Source of the DNA: Candidatus Woesearchaeota archaeon
GTDB lineage: Archaea; Nanobdellota; Nanobdellia; Woesearchaeales; ARS49
Assembly: GCA_038891615.1 (NCBI GenBank)
Contig: JAWADY010000001.1
Coordinates: 1 to 64,000 of the forward strand
Length of the DNA stretch: 64,000 nt
Direction of reading: 5' to 3'
Shown: positions 48,858 through 59,271 of the stretch, piece by piece
Layout of the letters: each line of letters begins with the position of its first letter
Position numbering within the stretch: position 1 is the stretch's first letter
Translations under genes and position numbers: made by a program
The notes under the pieces: generated by a model
Databases searched by the model: none
What the model was told of the DNA's origin: nothing
What the model saw: the letters and a program-made list of their open reading frames with translations, nothing else

Positions 48858-50060
48858 TTAGTTAAAAACCAGCCAAAGAATGGTTGGCAGTAAAAGACAT
48901 CCCATGCAATGACTTCTGGATGTGCCAAGTCTTATGGCAAGAATTCCAATCAAGGTCCCAACTATAAGCACTGCAAGGCCCTTCAAGCCAGAAACAAAGA
49001 GCACAAGAAGTGAAACAAACACAAAGACTCCAATTGAGAGCAGCTGATAATTAAGCTTTGGAACTATTTTTGAGAACTTTGCTGCAAGCGCTAATGTGAC
49101 AAAATAGGAAGCCATAGCAATGCCTATCGCCGCTCCAAAGAATAATGCAATTGCACTTGCATCAAGTTTTGGCAGCACTTGTGAAATCGCTGCAGTGCTT
49201 CCATTCCTTGCCTTGCCAATTGTTGCGGCTGAAATCATTGATAAAAGGATGTTGATGGTGTTTACACCACCAATCATTGTCAAATAGCTGCCCTCTTTTC
49301 TCAAAACATTTGAGAACATTGCAGCTGCTTGGCTTGGGCCAAGCGCGGGAAACAAAAGGATTGTACTACCAGCAAGTGTTGCAGCCACTGCTGCTTTTGC
49401 TGCTTCAACATTGTTTATTGGCAGTTTTCCTGTAGACACAATCTGCTCAGGAAAGGAATTTTTTCTTAAAAAAGAAATGACAAGACCAGAAAAGCCAAAA
49501 AGCCCTGAAAGCATAGGGAGCAATGGTTCTTTTACATTTGAATCAAGAACAAAAAGTCCAAAAAGGCCTGTTAGGAGAAACACAAGGAGAGCAGAGAGCA
49601 TTCTATCAATGTTTTGTTCGCTTGTTATTAAGAAAGAAGCTATGACAATCAACAAAACCCCAAGAAATGGCTTTAAAACCGAGTAGAGCAGTGGCAGCAT
49701 AAAGTAAAATATTGGCGCAATGGCTATAGAACAAACAACTCCAAGTGCAGAGCCGAGAACAGAAAGCCTCACTGCGTCATAAGCCTTTCCCCGAAGAAGC
49801 ATCCTATGGCCTGGCAGCACCGCCATGACCGTATCTTCGTCAGGCGCTCCAAGGAAAACAGAAGGAATTATCGAAACAAAAGAATGGACCAGCGCTACAG
49901 AGAAAATAAAAAGAGCAATGGCTTGTTGAGAGGCAAAGCTCAAAATCGGCGCGAGAGAAAGGGCTGTGGCTGCGATAAGATTTGTATGCAGTCCTGGAAT
50001 TAGTCCAGTACCGATTCCAACCAACCAGCCGGCAAGCGTGGCAAGCGCTTCAACCAACAT
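48858..50060 (-). CDS. Stand-alone TctA-like membrane protein
   Basis: GIGTGLIPGLH, IPSVFLGAP, VLPGHRML, PMLSGLFG; about 12 TM. Confidence 0.85.
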   Translation of the reverse strand: MLVEALATLAGWLVGIGTGLIPGLHTNLIAATALSLAPILSFASQQAIALFIFSVALVHSFVSIIPSVFLGAPDEDTVMAVLPGHRMLLRGKAYDAVRLSVLGSALGVVCSIAIAPIFYFMLPLLYSVLKPFLGVLLIVIASFLITSEQNIDRMLSALLVFLLTGLFGLFVLDSNVKEPLLPMLSGLFGFSGLVISFLRKNSFPEQIVSTGKLPINNVEAAKAAVAATLAGSTILLFPALGPSQAAAMFSNVLRKEGSYLTMIGGVNTINILLSMISAATIGKARNGSTAAISQVLPKLDASAIALFFGAAIGIAMASYFVTLALAAKFSKIVPKLNYQLLSIGVFVFVSLLVLFVSGLKGLAVLIVGTLIGILAIRLGTSRSHCMGCLLLPTILWLVFN

Positions 50061-50314
50061 TTGTTGTTGTTTGTAAGCATTTTTTAATATGCATTCTCTG
50101 TCATTTTTCGAAGGATTTTCGAACAAAATAATGGTTATTTTAACATTTGATTGCTTATGGCGGGTGCATTTAACTGCTTATCTGAATGTCTTGCCTCAAA
50201 TTCAACTTTTGTCAAAGCCACGCAAAACATCCAAAAGATTTGATAAGAAAACTATTCCGTGAGGTTTTGTTAAGACGCAAAGATATTTAAATTTGCACTT
50301 GTAGCAATTTCATA

Positions 50315-51247
50315 ATGCCAAAAAGAATTCAAAGCCCAAGCTCCATTAATATTTACAAGGAATGCCCAAGAAAATATTATTATAGATATGTTATGGGGCT
50401 TCCAATGAGGCCGACTTTGCAACAAACTCGAGGCAAAATAGTTCACGCAGTCCTTTACAGATTCTTTGATGAGCTTCCAAAGCAACTCAACCATCCAGAC
50501 ATCTCTATCTCATGCGATGGAGCTACAGACGCAAATACAGAAATTTGCAATGATTTTTGGGAAAATGCAGATGAGTTGATTACAAAAACAATTCAAAATC
50601 TTTTGGCAGAGGAATGGTTCAAAGCTCGCAGTGAACTTGATAAGTTTGCACTCAACAGAGCAGAAGAGGCAGCTTATTTTGAAGAAAGTCTAGCAATGCT
50701 CCTCAATTGGGCTGGTTGGTTTAGAAAAAGACTTGAAGCACTGAGAGGACTTTCTTTTGCAGAAGCCTTTTTTAAGCTTACTCCGATTGCACGCGAGTGG
50801 GAATATATTTCTGTAGAACACTCTGTTCGTGGGATAATTGATGCAGTAGAACTTTCGGCTGATGGTGACGTGACAATAATTGATTACAAAACAACAGGCG
50901 AAGGAGAGGTGAATGATTATAAGATACAACTTGCAACCTATGCCCAGCTTTATACAGAATTTCATGGAAAAATGCCTGAAAAAGTTGGTGTGCACTTCTT
51001 AAAAGATGGCGTTTTCAAAGCAATCCCTGTCGATCCATCGCTACTTGCTTTTGCAAAATCAGAATTTGAGCAAATTCATATAAAAACTGCTTCAGACAAC
51101 ATAGAGGATTATCCGCAGGTGATTGGTTCTCATTGCAAGTGGTCAGGAGGAAAGTGCGATTTTTATGAGCTTTGCTTTCCAAATGGCAGGCAAGCGCCCA
51201 GAGCTAGAGCGCAAGGTCTGGACGTTGGTTCTGCGCAAAAATTATAA
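50315..51247 (+). CDS. PD-(D/E)XK nuclease, Cas4/AddB-like with four Fe-S-type cysteines
   Basis: SPSSI..YKECPRKY, RGKIVH, E..RGIID..IIDYKT, QLATY, HCKWSGGKCDFYELC. Confidence 0.88.
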   Translation: MPKRIQSPSSINIYKECPRKYYYRYVMGLPMRPTLQQTRGKIVHAVLYRFFDELPKQLNHPDISISCDGATDANTEICNDFWENADELITKTIQNLLAEEWFKARSELDKFALNRAEEAAYFEESLAMLLNWAGWFRKRLEALRGLSFAEAFFKLTPIAREWEYISVEHSVRGIIDAVELSADGDVTIIDYKTTGEGEVNDYKIQLATYAQLYTEFHGKMPEKVGVHFLKDGVFKAIPVDPSLLAFAKSEFEQIHIKTASDNIEDYPQVIGSHCKWSGGKCDFYELCFPNGRQAPRARAQGLDVGSAQKL

Positions 51248-51270
51248 ATCAGAAAAGCACCTCTCAAGCA

Positions 51271-51438
51271 ATGACAACATTTAATTGTCATACTTGCGGA
51301 TTTAAATCAACAAAAAAGGGTTTGTGTCCGAATTGCGGAAAGCCCTTGCATGCCACATGCCCTGTGTGTGGCTATGGCAAGGATTATTGCATCTGCACAG
51401 CTGACATTGCTTCAACAAAGGCGCATAAGCCTCGATGA
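51271..51438 (+). CDS. Small double zinc-ribbon protein (55 aa; below ORF-track cutoff)
   Basis: MTTFNCHTCGFKSTKKGLCPNCGKPLHATCPVCGYGKDYCICTADIASTKAHKPR; TTATAAA ~25 nt upstream. Confidence 0.75.
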   Translation: MTTFNCHTCGFKSTKKGLCPNCGKPLHATCPVCGYGKDYCICTADIASTKAHKPR

Positions 51439-51448
51439 GCTTAATTTT

Positions 51449-52366
51449 TTATTCTTCGCATCGCTCTCCCATCCTTGGAATCTTGTGCCCACCAAATTTG
51501 TGTCTTATGATTGCAACAACTTTTGATGCAAAGTTAGGCTTTTTTCTTGAACGATATCTTTGCCTAATTGCAAGTCTCACTGAAGGTAAGCTAATACCAA
51601 ACCTTTTTGCGCTATTGATAGCCCATTTGCCAGTCGTTCCTCCACAAACAATCCCTGATATTCGCGAGAGTTTTGGGTCCTCTTCTAGTGCTTCTTGTAG
51701 TAGATCAAGAAGCCAGGAGCGTATGACAGAACCATTTCGCCAAAGCTTTGTGACTTTTCGAAGGTCGATTTTTGGCCTTGAGACGGCTAGGAGTTGGTAT
51801 CCTTCGCCATACCCCTCGAGTAAACAGTACTCTATTGCGTTGTGTACCATCTTCACAAAATGACCAGTGCCCGGCCCTCCGAGATGAGCAAAGCCGTCTT
51901 TTGCTGAAAGGGCTTCAAGAACTGGCTTGATCCTCACAAAAGCCCTTTTTTCACATCCAACCCCAATAGAAGCTCCTTCTCTTGCACCTTTTATTCCTCC
52001 AGAAACCCCTGCGTCAACAAAGAAAACGCCTTTTTTTGCAAGGCTCTTTGCCCGCTTTATCGAGTCCTCGTAAAAAGAATTTCCACCATCAACTATCACA
52101 TCCCCTTGACTCAGGTGAGGTAAAAGAGCAGTTATCACAGAATCAACAGCCTTTCCAGCGGGTATCATCAACCAGATTATTCTTGGGGCTGGGACTTTTA
52201 TTGCCAGGTCAGCAAGACTTTTTGCAGCAATCGCTCCAACCTTTGATGCCTTTTTCCTTGAACTTTGCCTTCTGGCATACGCAACAACCGTCCAGCCCTT
52301 TTTAATAAGTCTTGCTGTCATGTTTAAACCCATTTTACCAAGACCTACAAAACCAATTGTTTTCAT
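51449..52366 (-). CDS. gnd: 6-phosphogluconate dehydrogenase (short-chain decarboxylating type)
   Basis: GLGKMG, DGGNS, DAGVSGG, GHFVKMVHNAIEY, SVIRSWLL, FGGH. Confidence 0.94.
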   Translation of the reverse strand: MKTIGFVGLGKMGLNMTARLIKKGWTVVAYARRQSSRKKASKVGAIAAKSLADLAIKVPAPRIIWLMIPAGKAVDSVITALLPHLSQGDVIVDGGNSFYEDSIKRAKSLAKKGVFFVDAGVSGGIKGAREGASIGVGCEKRAFVRIKPVLEALSAKDGFAHLGGPGTGHFVKMVHNAIEYCLLEGYGEGYQLLAVSRPKIDLRKVTKLWRNGSVIRSWLLDLLQEALEEDPKLSRISGIVCGGTTGKWAINSAKRFGISLPSVRLAIRQRYRSRKKPNFASKVVAIIRHKFGGHKIPRMGERCEE

Positions 52367-52395
52367 TCTTTCTTCACCTTAGTTAGGCAATTTGC

Positions 52396-53835
52396 TTACT
52401 TCACAACCAAATGCCAGCTCCTTCCATCTTTTCTTATCAACTCATCAGCTTCTTTTGGATAGCTTCCAGGATTATAAATGCTGATTTTAGGCTTTTTTGC
52501 TATGAGGTCATCAATTATTTTCCATGAAAGTTCTATCTCGTCATCCCTCAAGAAAACAGACTGGTCACCTGCTACAACATCCGCAATAAGATTTTCATAA
52601 GCCTCAGGAGTGTTTGGTCCAAAGATGCACGGATGACAAAACTCAAGCTTTATTGGAGTTATGTCCATCTTTCCAGGAACCTTTGCATTAAGCCTTATGT
52701 AAAAGCCTTCTTCAGGTTGTATTTGTATGACAAGATAATTTGGCACAAAAAGACATATCCCTTCAAACAAAAGACACGGCGCCTGTTTGAATTGGATGTA
52801 TATTGAAGTTATCTTCTCTTTCATCTTCTTTCCTGTTATAAAATAGAATGGAAGGCCTGACCAACGCCAACTATCAACAAAAAGCTTTGCTGCTACAAAT
52901 GTTTCTGTTTTCGAATTCTTTTTCACACCTTTCTCACGAGTGTAACCGCGGTACTGTCCTAGCACCACATCTTTAGGATTAATTTTTCTTATCGCCTTTA
53001 GAATCTTCATTTTCTCGTCACGAATGCTATCTGCAGTCAATCTGTACGGAGACTCCATTGCAGTAAGACACAACAGTTGCAACATGTGATTTTGAACAAC
53101 ATCCTTTAGCGCACCATACCTGTCATAGTACGCACCGCGACCTTCTATCCCGAAGTCTTCACTCAAGATAATCTGAATGTGGTCTATGTTTTCTTTGTTC
53201 CAGAGAGGTTCGAGTATTTGATTGGTAAACCTAAGAACAGAAATGTTTTGAACAAGCTCTTTCCCAAGGTAATGGTCTATTCGGTAGATCTGGCTCTCGT
53301 CAAAGACCTTTCTGATTGTCTTATTTATGTGCTTTGCCGAAGCAAGGTCACTGCCAAATGGTTTTTCAAAAACAACCCTTCGCCATCCATTTCCAGCTTT
53401 CTGCGCTGCAAGCCCTTGCTTGTGCAATTGTTCTATAATTACCTCAAAGTGCTCAGGCATGGTTGCAAGGTGAAAGATTCTGTTTCCACTAAGTTTGTGT
53501 TTTTGTTCAATGGCTCTGATAAAAGCTCCAAACTCAGCCCAACGCTGGCTCTCATAAAAGTCTGCCCTGAAATAATAACTTATTTTTTTAAGCGTCTTCC
53601 AGTTCTTTTTCTCAAGGTTCTTTATATACGGCCTGGAAGCTTCAAGCCATTTATCTGTGCTTAAAGGTCTGCGCCCAACCCCTATAAGCGCAAAATCTCC
53701 GACCCTTTTGTTCACAAATAGTCTATAAATGGCAGGGACAAGCTTTTTCTTTGCTAAGTCGCCTGTGGCTCCAAGAATGACTATAAGAAAAGGTTCTCTT
53801 CCTTTTAGTTCATTTCCAGTTTTTTTCTCAACCAT
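52396..53835 (-). CDS. zwf: Glucose-6-phosphate 1-dehydrogenase (bacterial type)
   Basis: GATGDLAKKK, EKPFG, YRIDHYLGKE, DVVQNH, EAYENL. Confidence 0.97.
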   Translation of the reverse strand: MVEKKTGNELKGREPFLIVILGATGDLAKKKLVPAIYRLFVNKRVGDFALIGVGRRPLSTDKWLEASRPYIKNLEKKNWKTLKKISYYFRADFYESQRWAEFGAFIRAIEQKHKLSGNRIFHLATMPEHFEVIIEQLHKQGLAAQKAGNGWRRVVFEKPFGSDLASAKHINKTIRKVFDESQIYRIDHYLGKELVQNISVLRFTNQILEPLWNKENIDHIQIILSEDFGIEGRGAYYDRYGALKDVVQNHMLQLLCLTAMESPYRLTADSIRDEKMKILKAIRKINPKDVVLGQYRGYTREKGVKKNSKTETFVAAKLFVDSWRWSGLPFYFITGKKMKEKITSIYIQFKQAPCLLFEGICLFVPNYLVIQIQPEEGFYIRLNAKVPGKMDITPIKLEFCHPCIFGPNTPEAYENLIADVVAGDQSVFLRDDEIELSWKIIDDLIAKKPKISIYNPGSYPKEADELIRKDGRSWHLVVK

Positions 53836-53838
53836 CTT

Positions 53839-55188
53839 TTAATAGCCGTTGCCTTTTTCAAACCTTTTAGCAAGCAATACTCTTGTCTCAGCCTTATATT
53901 TCTCAACAGCAGGTTGGTCAAATGGGTTTACATTAAGCAGGCTTCCAATAAGAACAGTTTCAATCATTTTCAACATAATAAACTGACCTATGCTTTTTGT
54001 TGATAAGTCTGGAAGAGTTATCTCTGCAAATGGTCTTTTGTTTTTTTTATATGCGGCTTGAACCCCATCAAGAATTGTATTCCTCAATTCATCAATCCTT
54101 TTTCCTTGAATTTTTGGAACAATCCTTTCATACTCCTCAATGACTGGCAGCCTTGGACTTTCCTTGTTTTCGATAACTCTTACAAAAGTAGTCCATTTAT
54201 CGAAAGGTCCTGCAAGATATAGAGGAGCCATTGAGTGCATGTCATTGCTTCCGATAGAAACAGTTGGAGTTATCCCTTCAAACACCCTTTTACCATTCAA
54301 ATCGAATTCTTTTGCAAGACCTTCCCCTACCAATTGCCTCCACCATTTTCCAATCCCTTCCAGATTAGGACTCCACAGGAAAAGGTCATGAATGGGTTTG
54401 CCTTTTTTGTAATGAATGTAGGCAAGTGAAGCACCAATAACAGCTGGATTGCTCATAATGTTTTGGTCTTGCTTTAAGCAATACTTTGCCATTTCTGCTG
54501 CACCATCAACAAGGCTTTTTATGTCGGTCCTTAAAAGTGCCAGCGGAAACAGTCCAACCGCAGAAAGCACAGAATATCTTCCTCCTACTTTTTTTGGAAT
54601 CTCTAACAATGACCATCCATTTCGAATAGCAAGCCTCCAGAGCTTTGAATCCCTATCTGTTGTTGCAATAATATTACTCTGGTACTTCTTTGGGCTATGT
54701 TTTTTTAGCAGCCACTCCAGTAGTTCAAAATTTGCAATTGTTTCGGTTGTTGTTCCTGATTTGCTAACAATATTTATAAGAACTTTCTGCCCTTTTTTTA
54801 ATAGGCCATTTATAAGATGTAAGATTGTGGCAATGCTTAGAGGATCAAGAGTGTCCACATAAAAGACCTTTGTACCTTTTCCTGACTCATTGTAAAGCTT
54901 TCCAAGCACTGCCTCTTGTACCGCAAGTGTACCTAATATGCTTCCGCCAATCCCAACAACAAAAATGGCAGCTGGTTTGAGCTTAAGCTTTTCCTTTGCA
55001 AGAGCCGTTGTGGCTTTGATATTCTCATGGTCAAATGGCAAATTTATAAAGCTCCTCTCATTCGAATAATCGCCATTCTTTCTAACTTCTCTAAACAGCT
55101 CTAGCTCTGACTCTAACTTTTTTGTGACTTTTACAAGTTCTTGCTTTGGTACATTGCTGTTTTCATACCGCAGCTTTAAGGTTATCAT
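53839..55188 (-). CDS. pgi: Glucose-6-phosphate isomerase
   Basis: GIGGS.LG, SKSGTTTET, VGGRYSVLSAVGL, DMHS, FDQPAVEKYK. Confidence 0.92.
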   Translation of the reverse strand: MITLKLRYENSNVPKQELVKVTKKLESELELFREVRKNGDYSNERSFINLPFDHENIKATTALAKEKLKLKPAAIFVVGIGGSILGTLAVQEAVLGKLYNESGKGTKVFYVDTLDPLSIATILHLINGLLKKGQKVLINIVSKSGTTTETIANFELLEWLLKKHSPKKYQSNIIATTDRDSKLWRLAIRNGWSLLEIPKKVGGRYSVLSAVGLFPLALLRTDIKSLVDGAAEMAKYCLKQDQNIMSNPAVIGASLAYIHYKKGKPIHDLFLWSPNLEGIGKWWRQLVGEGLAKEFDLNGKRVFEGITPTVSIGSNDMHSMAPLYLAGPFDKWTTFVRVIENKESPRLPVIEEYERIVPKIQGKRIDELRNTILDGVQAAYKKNKRPFAEITLPDLSTKSIGQFIMLKMIETVLIGSLLNVNPFDQPAVEKYKAETRVLLAKRFEKGNGY

Positions 55189-55192
55189 TTGC

Positions 55193-56029
55193 TCATTGCT
55201 TGCGAACTTTTCTTTTCAACCCAAGCACCGCATATTCAGGAACAACATCGGCAGTAAACCTTCTCATCCCTTCTTCAGTCTTAGGGTGCTGTAGACATCC
55301 TTTTATGACATCAAATGGGCAAGTTGCAATATCTGCTCCAACAAGAGCTGCCTCACGTACCTGCCTTGGGTTTCTCATTGAGGCTGCAAGCACTTGCGCA
55401 TTAAAGCCATACTTTTTCTTTATCTCAACAGTCTGTCGCACGAGTTCTATCCCTGATATTATTCCATTGTCCTCAAGGATTGTATTATCCTTGCGCCAAC
55501 CATAGGCTGGGAAATAATCTCCTTTTTGAAATTGGATGTTATTTAGTTCCCTAATTCTATCATCAACCCTGCCTGCAAAAAGGCTCACAATCTTTGCACC
55601 AGCCTTGGCAGCCAACAGTGCCTGTTCTGGAGTGTGAATAAGGGTACAGTTAACAGGGATTCCAGCTGCTGTTAAGGTCCTTATTGCCTTCAAACCATCT
55701 GTGCTTGGCTCATCACTAAAAGAAGGATTCACTGGAATTTTTATGTAAACATTCCTTGCAACCGGATTAAAGATTCTGTAAAGTCTTTTGCCTTCTTCCA
55801 CCATTTTTTCATAGGCAAAAGATGAAACCTCAAGGCTTACAGGAGTTCCTTTTGCTACGCGCAGAATCTCTTTGATATAGCTCAAAAGTTCAACCCTTTT
55901 GCCTTTTGCTTTCAGCTCATCAACCGCCTTTTTTAGAAGCGAAGGATTTGTTGTCACACCATCAACAATTCTTGCAGAATAACAGTATGCTATTTCATCT
56001 AGCTTTGCAGAGTCGAGGAATATTTTCAC
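55193..56029 (-). CDS. tal: Transaldolase
   Basis: IFLDSA, GVTTNPSL, YIKIP, VNCTL, AGRVDD, LAASMR; GAGGTG SD. Confidence 0.92.
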   Translation of the reverse strand: MKIFLDSAKLDEIAYCYSARIVDGVTTNPSLLKKAVDELKAKGKRVELLSYIKEILRVAKGTPVSLEVSSFAYEKMVEEGKRLYRIFNPVARNVYIKIPVNPSFSDEPSTDGLKAIRTLTAAGIPVNCTLIHTPEQALLAAKAGAKIVSLFAGRVDDRIRELNNIQFQKGDYFPAYGWRKDNTILEDNGIISGIELVRQTVEIKKKYGFNAQVLAASMRNPRQVREAALVGADIATCPFDVIKGCLQHPKTEEGMRRFTADVVPEYAVLGLKRKVRKQ

Positions 56030-56106
56030 CTTTTCACCTCTTTTTCATCTCCTTTTGGCATAACTCCAATGGAAGCTAACAAACTCTGAATACAATCATA
56101 AAATAT

Positions 56107-56114
56107 TATATAAA
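56107..56114 (-). promoter_or_regulatory. Probable internal TATA box for tal-pgi-zwf-gnd
   Basis: TTTATATA on the minus strand in the 300-nt gap between tkt and tal. Confidence 0.4.
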
Positions 56115-56336
56115 GTTATCTTGTTTGTTAAATAACTTTTCAAAATTAAGCCACGGCTAAAATTAATGCTATCAAAATCTAGAAGGGTCATAATAAGCTA
56201 ATCATGTTTTGATTGCTTGCACATGCAACTAAAACAATAACAAAATTAATTGATATAGTGTTGATGCTTTGTTTAAAGTTTATGAAGAGGCGATACACCT
56301 CTGCGAAGCGCTAAAAAATCAAAATTTTATATGATT

Positions 56337-58136
56337 TCACACAAGCCTTTCGACAGCATTTGCAATCGCCGTAGCATCAATTCCATATGCCGACATTAGT
56401 TCTTCTGGCTTTCCTGAGCGAGGAACTTCCCTTATGCAAAGACTAACTACCTTGCCAACAATCTCCGCAACAACCGATGCAATGCCGTTGGGATAATGGT
56501 CCTCTACGACAACCACTTTGTGCTCGCAAGCAGCTGCATTCTCAAGCAGTCCCTGGGCATTTACAGGCCGTAGTGAATACAAGTCTATGACGCGTACGTT
56601 TATTCCTTTTTTCTTAAGCATAGAATAAGCCTTTAGTGCTTCATGAACTGTAATTCCTGCAGCAACCACTAGTGCTTTGTCGTCGGGATCTGAACGAAGG
56701 AGCTTATAACCTCCAAGGGGAAAGGTTTCATCATTTTCATAAATAACTGGGGTTTTTTCGCGAGTTGTTCTAATGTATGATATTCCTTTATGCTTCGCAA
56801 CCTCGTTCACTAACTTCTCTGTTGAAACAGCATCGCAAGGATACACCACTGCAGAATCTGGCATTGCAAGGAACATTGAAAGGTCCTCGAGCCCCATTTG
56901 CGATGGCCCATCCTGTCCAATGCTAACTCCTGCATGCGAACCACAGAATTTTATGTTTGCCCTTGAATATTGCGCCATTCTTATGAAATCATGAGCTCTT
57001 GAAAGAAAACAGGAAAAGGTCGCCACAAACGGAATAAATCCTTGAGTTTGCAAGCCAACCGCTGCCCCAACCATGTTCTGCTCAGCAATAAAAAATTCAA
57101 ATGCCCGTTTTGGAAAGCGTTCAAAGAAATATTCTGTTCTCGTAGAATTCTTCACATCTCCATCAAGCACAACAACAGCTTGGTTTTTCTCGCCAAGCTT
57201 AACAAGTGCCCTTCCATAAGCCTCACGGGTTGCAACCATTTCGCCAAGCGCATACCGTGTTGGCTGAAATGGTCTTATCTTGACCTTTTGTCGTGGAAGG
57301 CTTTTGTTTATTTTTGAAGAAAGGCTGAATTTCTCGCTAATCGATGGAAGCTCTTTTAGAGCCTTCTCAAACTCTTCAACAGTCAATGCTTTTCCATGCC
57401 AACCATTTTTGTCCTCAAGAAAAGAAACTCCCTTTCCTTTTATTGTTTTTGCGATGATGACAAAAGGTTTTCTACTACGCCTGGATTGCTTTAGTGCTGA
57501 AATAATCTGTTTCACATTATGACCATCAATTGTTCGTGCCTCCCAACCAAAGGCTGAAAACTTTCTTGCATAAATTTCAAGGTCGTGGCCATGCTTTGTT
57601 TCTTGCGATTGCCCCAGTCTGTTAACATCAATAATCGCACAAAGATTGTTTAGCTTATAATACGTAGCAAGGTTTGCTGCTTCCCATATAGCACCTTCTG
57701 CACACTCTCCATCTCCGAGTAGGACAAAAACATTCCCCTTTTTCTTCAAAAGTCTTTTGCCTAGAGCCATGCCGAGCCCAGCAGAAAGGCCCTGGCCAAG
57801 GCTTCCAGTAGCAACCTTTACATACGGCATGAGCGAAGTTGGATGACCCTCAAGTGGGCTTGTGAATTTTCTAAGGTTCAAAAGCTCAGAAGGTGGGAAA
57901 AGGCCTGCTTCTGCATAGCACGCCCAAAGAATTGGTGCCGCATGACCCTTAGAAAGCACAAACTCGTCTTCCTTTTCAAGTTCTGAAAAGAAAAGGCAAC
58001 TCATTAGCTCTGCAGCTGACAAGCAGGATGTGGGGTGACCTGAACCTGCGGTGGTTGTTGACTTCAAAGAATGAATCCTTAACTTGTTCGCCATCACCTC
58101 AAGGGCTTTTATCTTGTTTGTCTTTGTCATGCTCAT
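56337..58136 (-). CDS. tkt: Transketolase, single-chain
   Basis: SGHPTS, LSKGHAAP, TGSLGQG, GDGE..EG, IAEQNM, GQDGPSQ. Confidence 0.95.
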   Translation of the reverse strand: MSMTKTNKIKALEVMANKLRIHSLKSTTTAGSGHPTSCLSAAELMSCLFFSELEKEDEFVLSKGHAAPILWACYAEAGLFPPSELLNLRKFTSPLEGHPTSLMPYVKVATGSLGQGLSAGLGMALGKRLLKKKGNVFVLLGDGECAEGAIWEAANLATYYKLNNLCAIIDVNRLGQSQETKHGHDLEIYARKFSAFGWEARTIDGHNVKQIISALKQSRRSRKPFVIIAKTIKGKGVSFLEDKNGWHGKALTVEEFEKALKELPSISEKFSLSSKINKSLPRQKVKIRPFQPTRYALGEMVATREAYGRALVKLGEKNQAVVVLDGDVKNSTRTEYFFERFPKRAFEFFIAEQNMVGAAVGLQTQGFIPFVATFSCFLSRAHDFIRMAQYSRANIKFCGSHAGVSIGQDGPSQMGLEDLSMFLAMPDSAVVYPCDAVSTEKLVNEVAKHKGISYIRTTREKTPVIYENDETFPLGGYKLLRSDPDDKALVVAAGITVHEALKAYSMLKKKGINVRVIDLYSLRPVNAQGLLENAAACEHKVVVVEDHYPNGIASVVAEIVGKVVSLCIREVPRSGKPEELMSAYGIDATAIANAVERLV

Positions 58137-58138
58137 TT

Positions 58139-58783
58139 TTATTCAAGCGATGCTTGAAGCACTTCAACTGCTTGCTTCACATCTTCTGCTTGGACAAGAT
58201 AGGAACCTACAACAAATCTGTTTGCACCTGCCCTACTCACAAGCCCTATTGTTTGAGGGTTTATCCCGCCATCAGCCTCAATATCTAGCCCTGGCTTTAG
58301 CTTTCTTATATCTCTTATCTTATGAACAGTATCAGGCTCAAAAGGGTTTCCATAATCTCCAGGCGTGACTGTCATTATCAGTGCCTGGTCGATGATATCA
58401 AGAAGCCCTTTTATTTTTCCAACAGGAGTTGGAGGATTTATTGCTATCCCTGCCTTTAGATTTTTCGATTTTATTAGCCCAATAATCTCTGCTGCTTCTT
58501 TTTGATTTTTTGTTGCCTCTGCATGGAAAATTATTGCATCAACCTTCTTCCACAGCCTTTCAACCATTGCAGCAGGCTCTGTAACCATCAGATGCGCCTC
58601 AAATCTACATCCTTTTTTTGGAAGTTTGAAGTCAAAGTTCAGAGAGCGATTGCCAACAAACTTCCCGTCCATGATGTCCAGATGCAACCATTCTGCCCCT
58701 TTGCTTAGCTTTTCAACCAGCACATCTAGCTGCTCCTGCCTTTCTGCAATAACAGAAGGAATTATTACCTTTACTTTTTCCAT
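58139..58783 (-). CDS. rpe: Ribulose-phosphate 3-epimerase
   Basis: LHLDIMDG, EAHLMV, FHAE, EADGGI, VVGS. Confidence 0.94.
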   Translation of the reverse strand: MEKVKVIIPSVIAERQEQLDVLVEKLSKGAEWLHLDIMDGKFVGNRSLNFDFKLPKKGCRFEAHLMVTEPAAMVERLWKKVDAIIFHAEATKNQKEAAEIIGLIKSKNLKAGIAINPPTPVGKIKGLLDIIDQALIMTVTPGDYGNPFEPDTVHKIRDIRKLKPGLDIEADGGINPQTIGLVSRAGANRFVVGSYLVQAEDVKQAVEVLQASLE

Positions 58784-59271
58784 TTTCCAACTTTTTCTTT
58801 TTCTTCGATTTCACTTATTTTTTTAAGTCTTCTCACATGTCTGGGCTCTTCAGAAAAAGGGGTTGAAAGCCACGCAGACACAATCCTTTTTGCTTTTGCC
58901 AATTTGATCCCTAGTCCGCGAACCTTTTTCAGCAGCCCTCCCCCAGCCAAGCAGAGTATGTTAGCGTCATTGTGCTTCCTCGTAAGCTTTGCTGCTACAA
59001 CGCTTGGTGGTGCAACAGCCCTTACACCATTTACCTTGTTTGCAGCAATGCAAATTCCTTCTGCAGAGCCGCATACTAGAATTCCAAAACTCCCTGGTGT
59101 TTTTGCAACAGCCTTTGCGACCTTGTAGGCAAAATCAGGGTAATCATCGTTTGGCTCATAGCGGGTGTTGCCAAGGTCAAAAACTTGATATTTTTTCATT
59201 GTTCCAAGCCACCCTTTTAGCTTTTCCTTCAATTCAAATCCGGCATGGTCTGCACCAAGAAAAATTTTCAT
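58771..59271 (-). CDS. rpiB: Ribose-5-phosphate isomerase B
   Basis: GADHAGFELK, DYPD, CGSAEG..AANK, HNDAN, RHVRR. Confidence 0.94.
   Translation of the reverse strand: MKIFLGADHAGFELKEKLKGWLGTMKKYQVFDLGNTRYEPNDDYPDFAYKVAKAVAKTPGSFGILVCGSAEGICIAANKVNGVRAVAPPSVVAAKLTRKHNDANILCLAGGGLLKKVRGLGIKLAKAKRIVSAWLSTPFSEEPRHVRRLKKISEIEEKEKVGKWKK

Noticed and set aside
50315-51247. CRISPR-Cas locus around the Cas4-like gene
   Set aside because: No repeat-spacer array or other cas genes anywhere in the window
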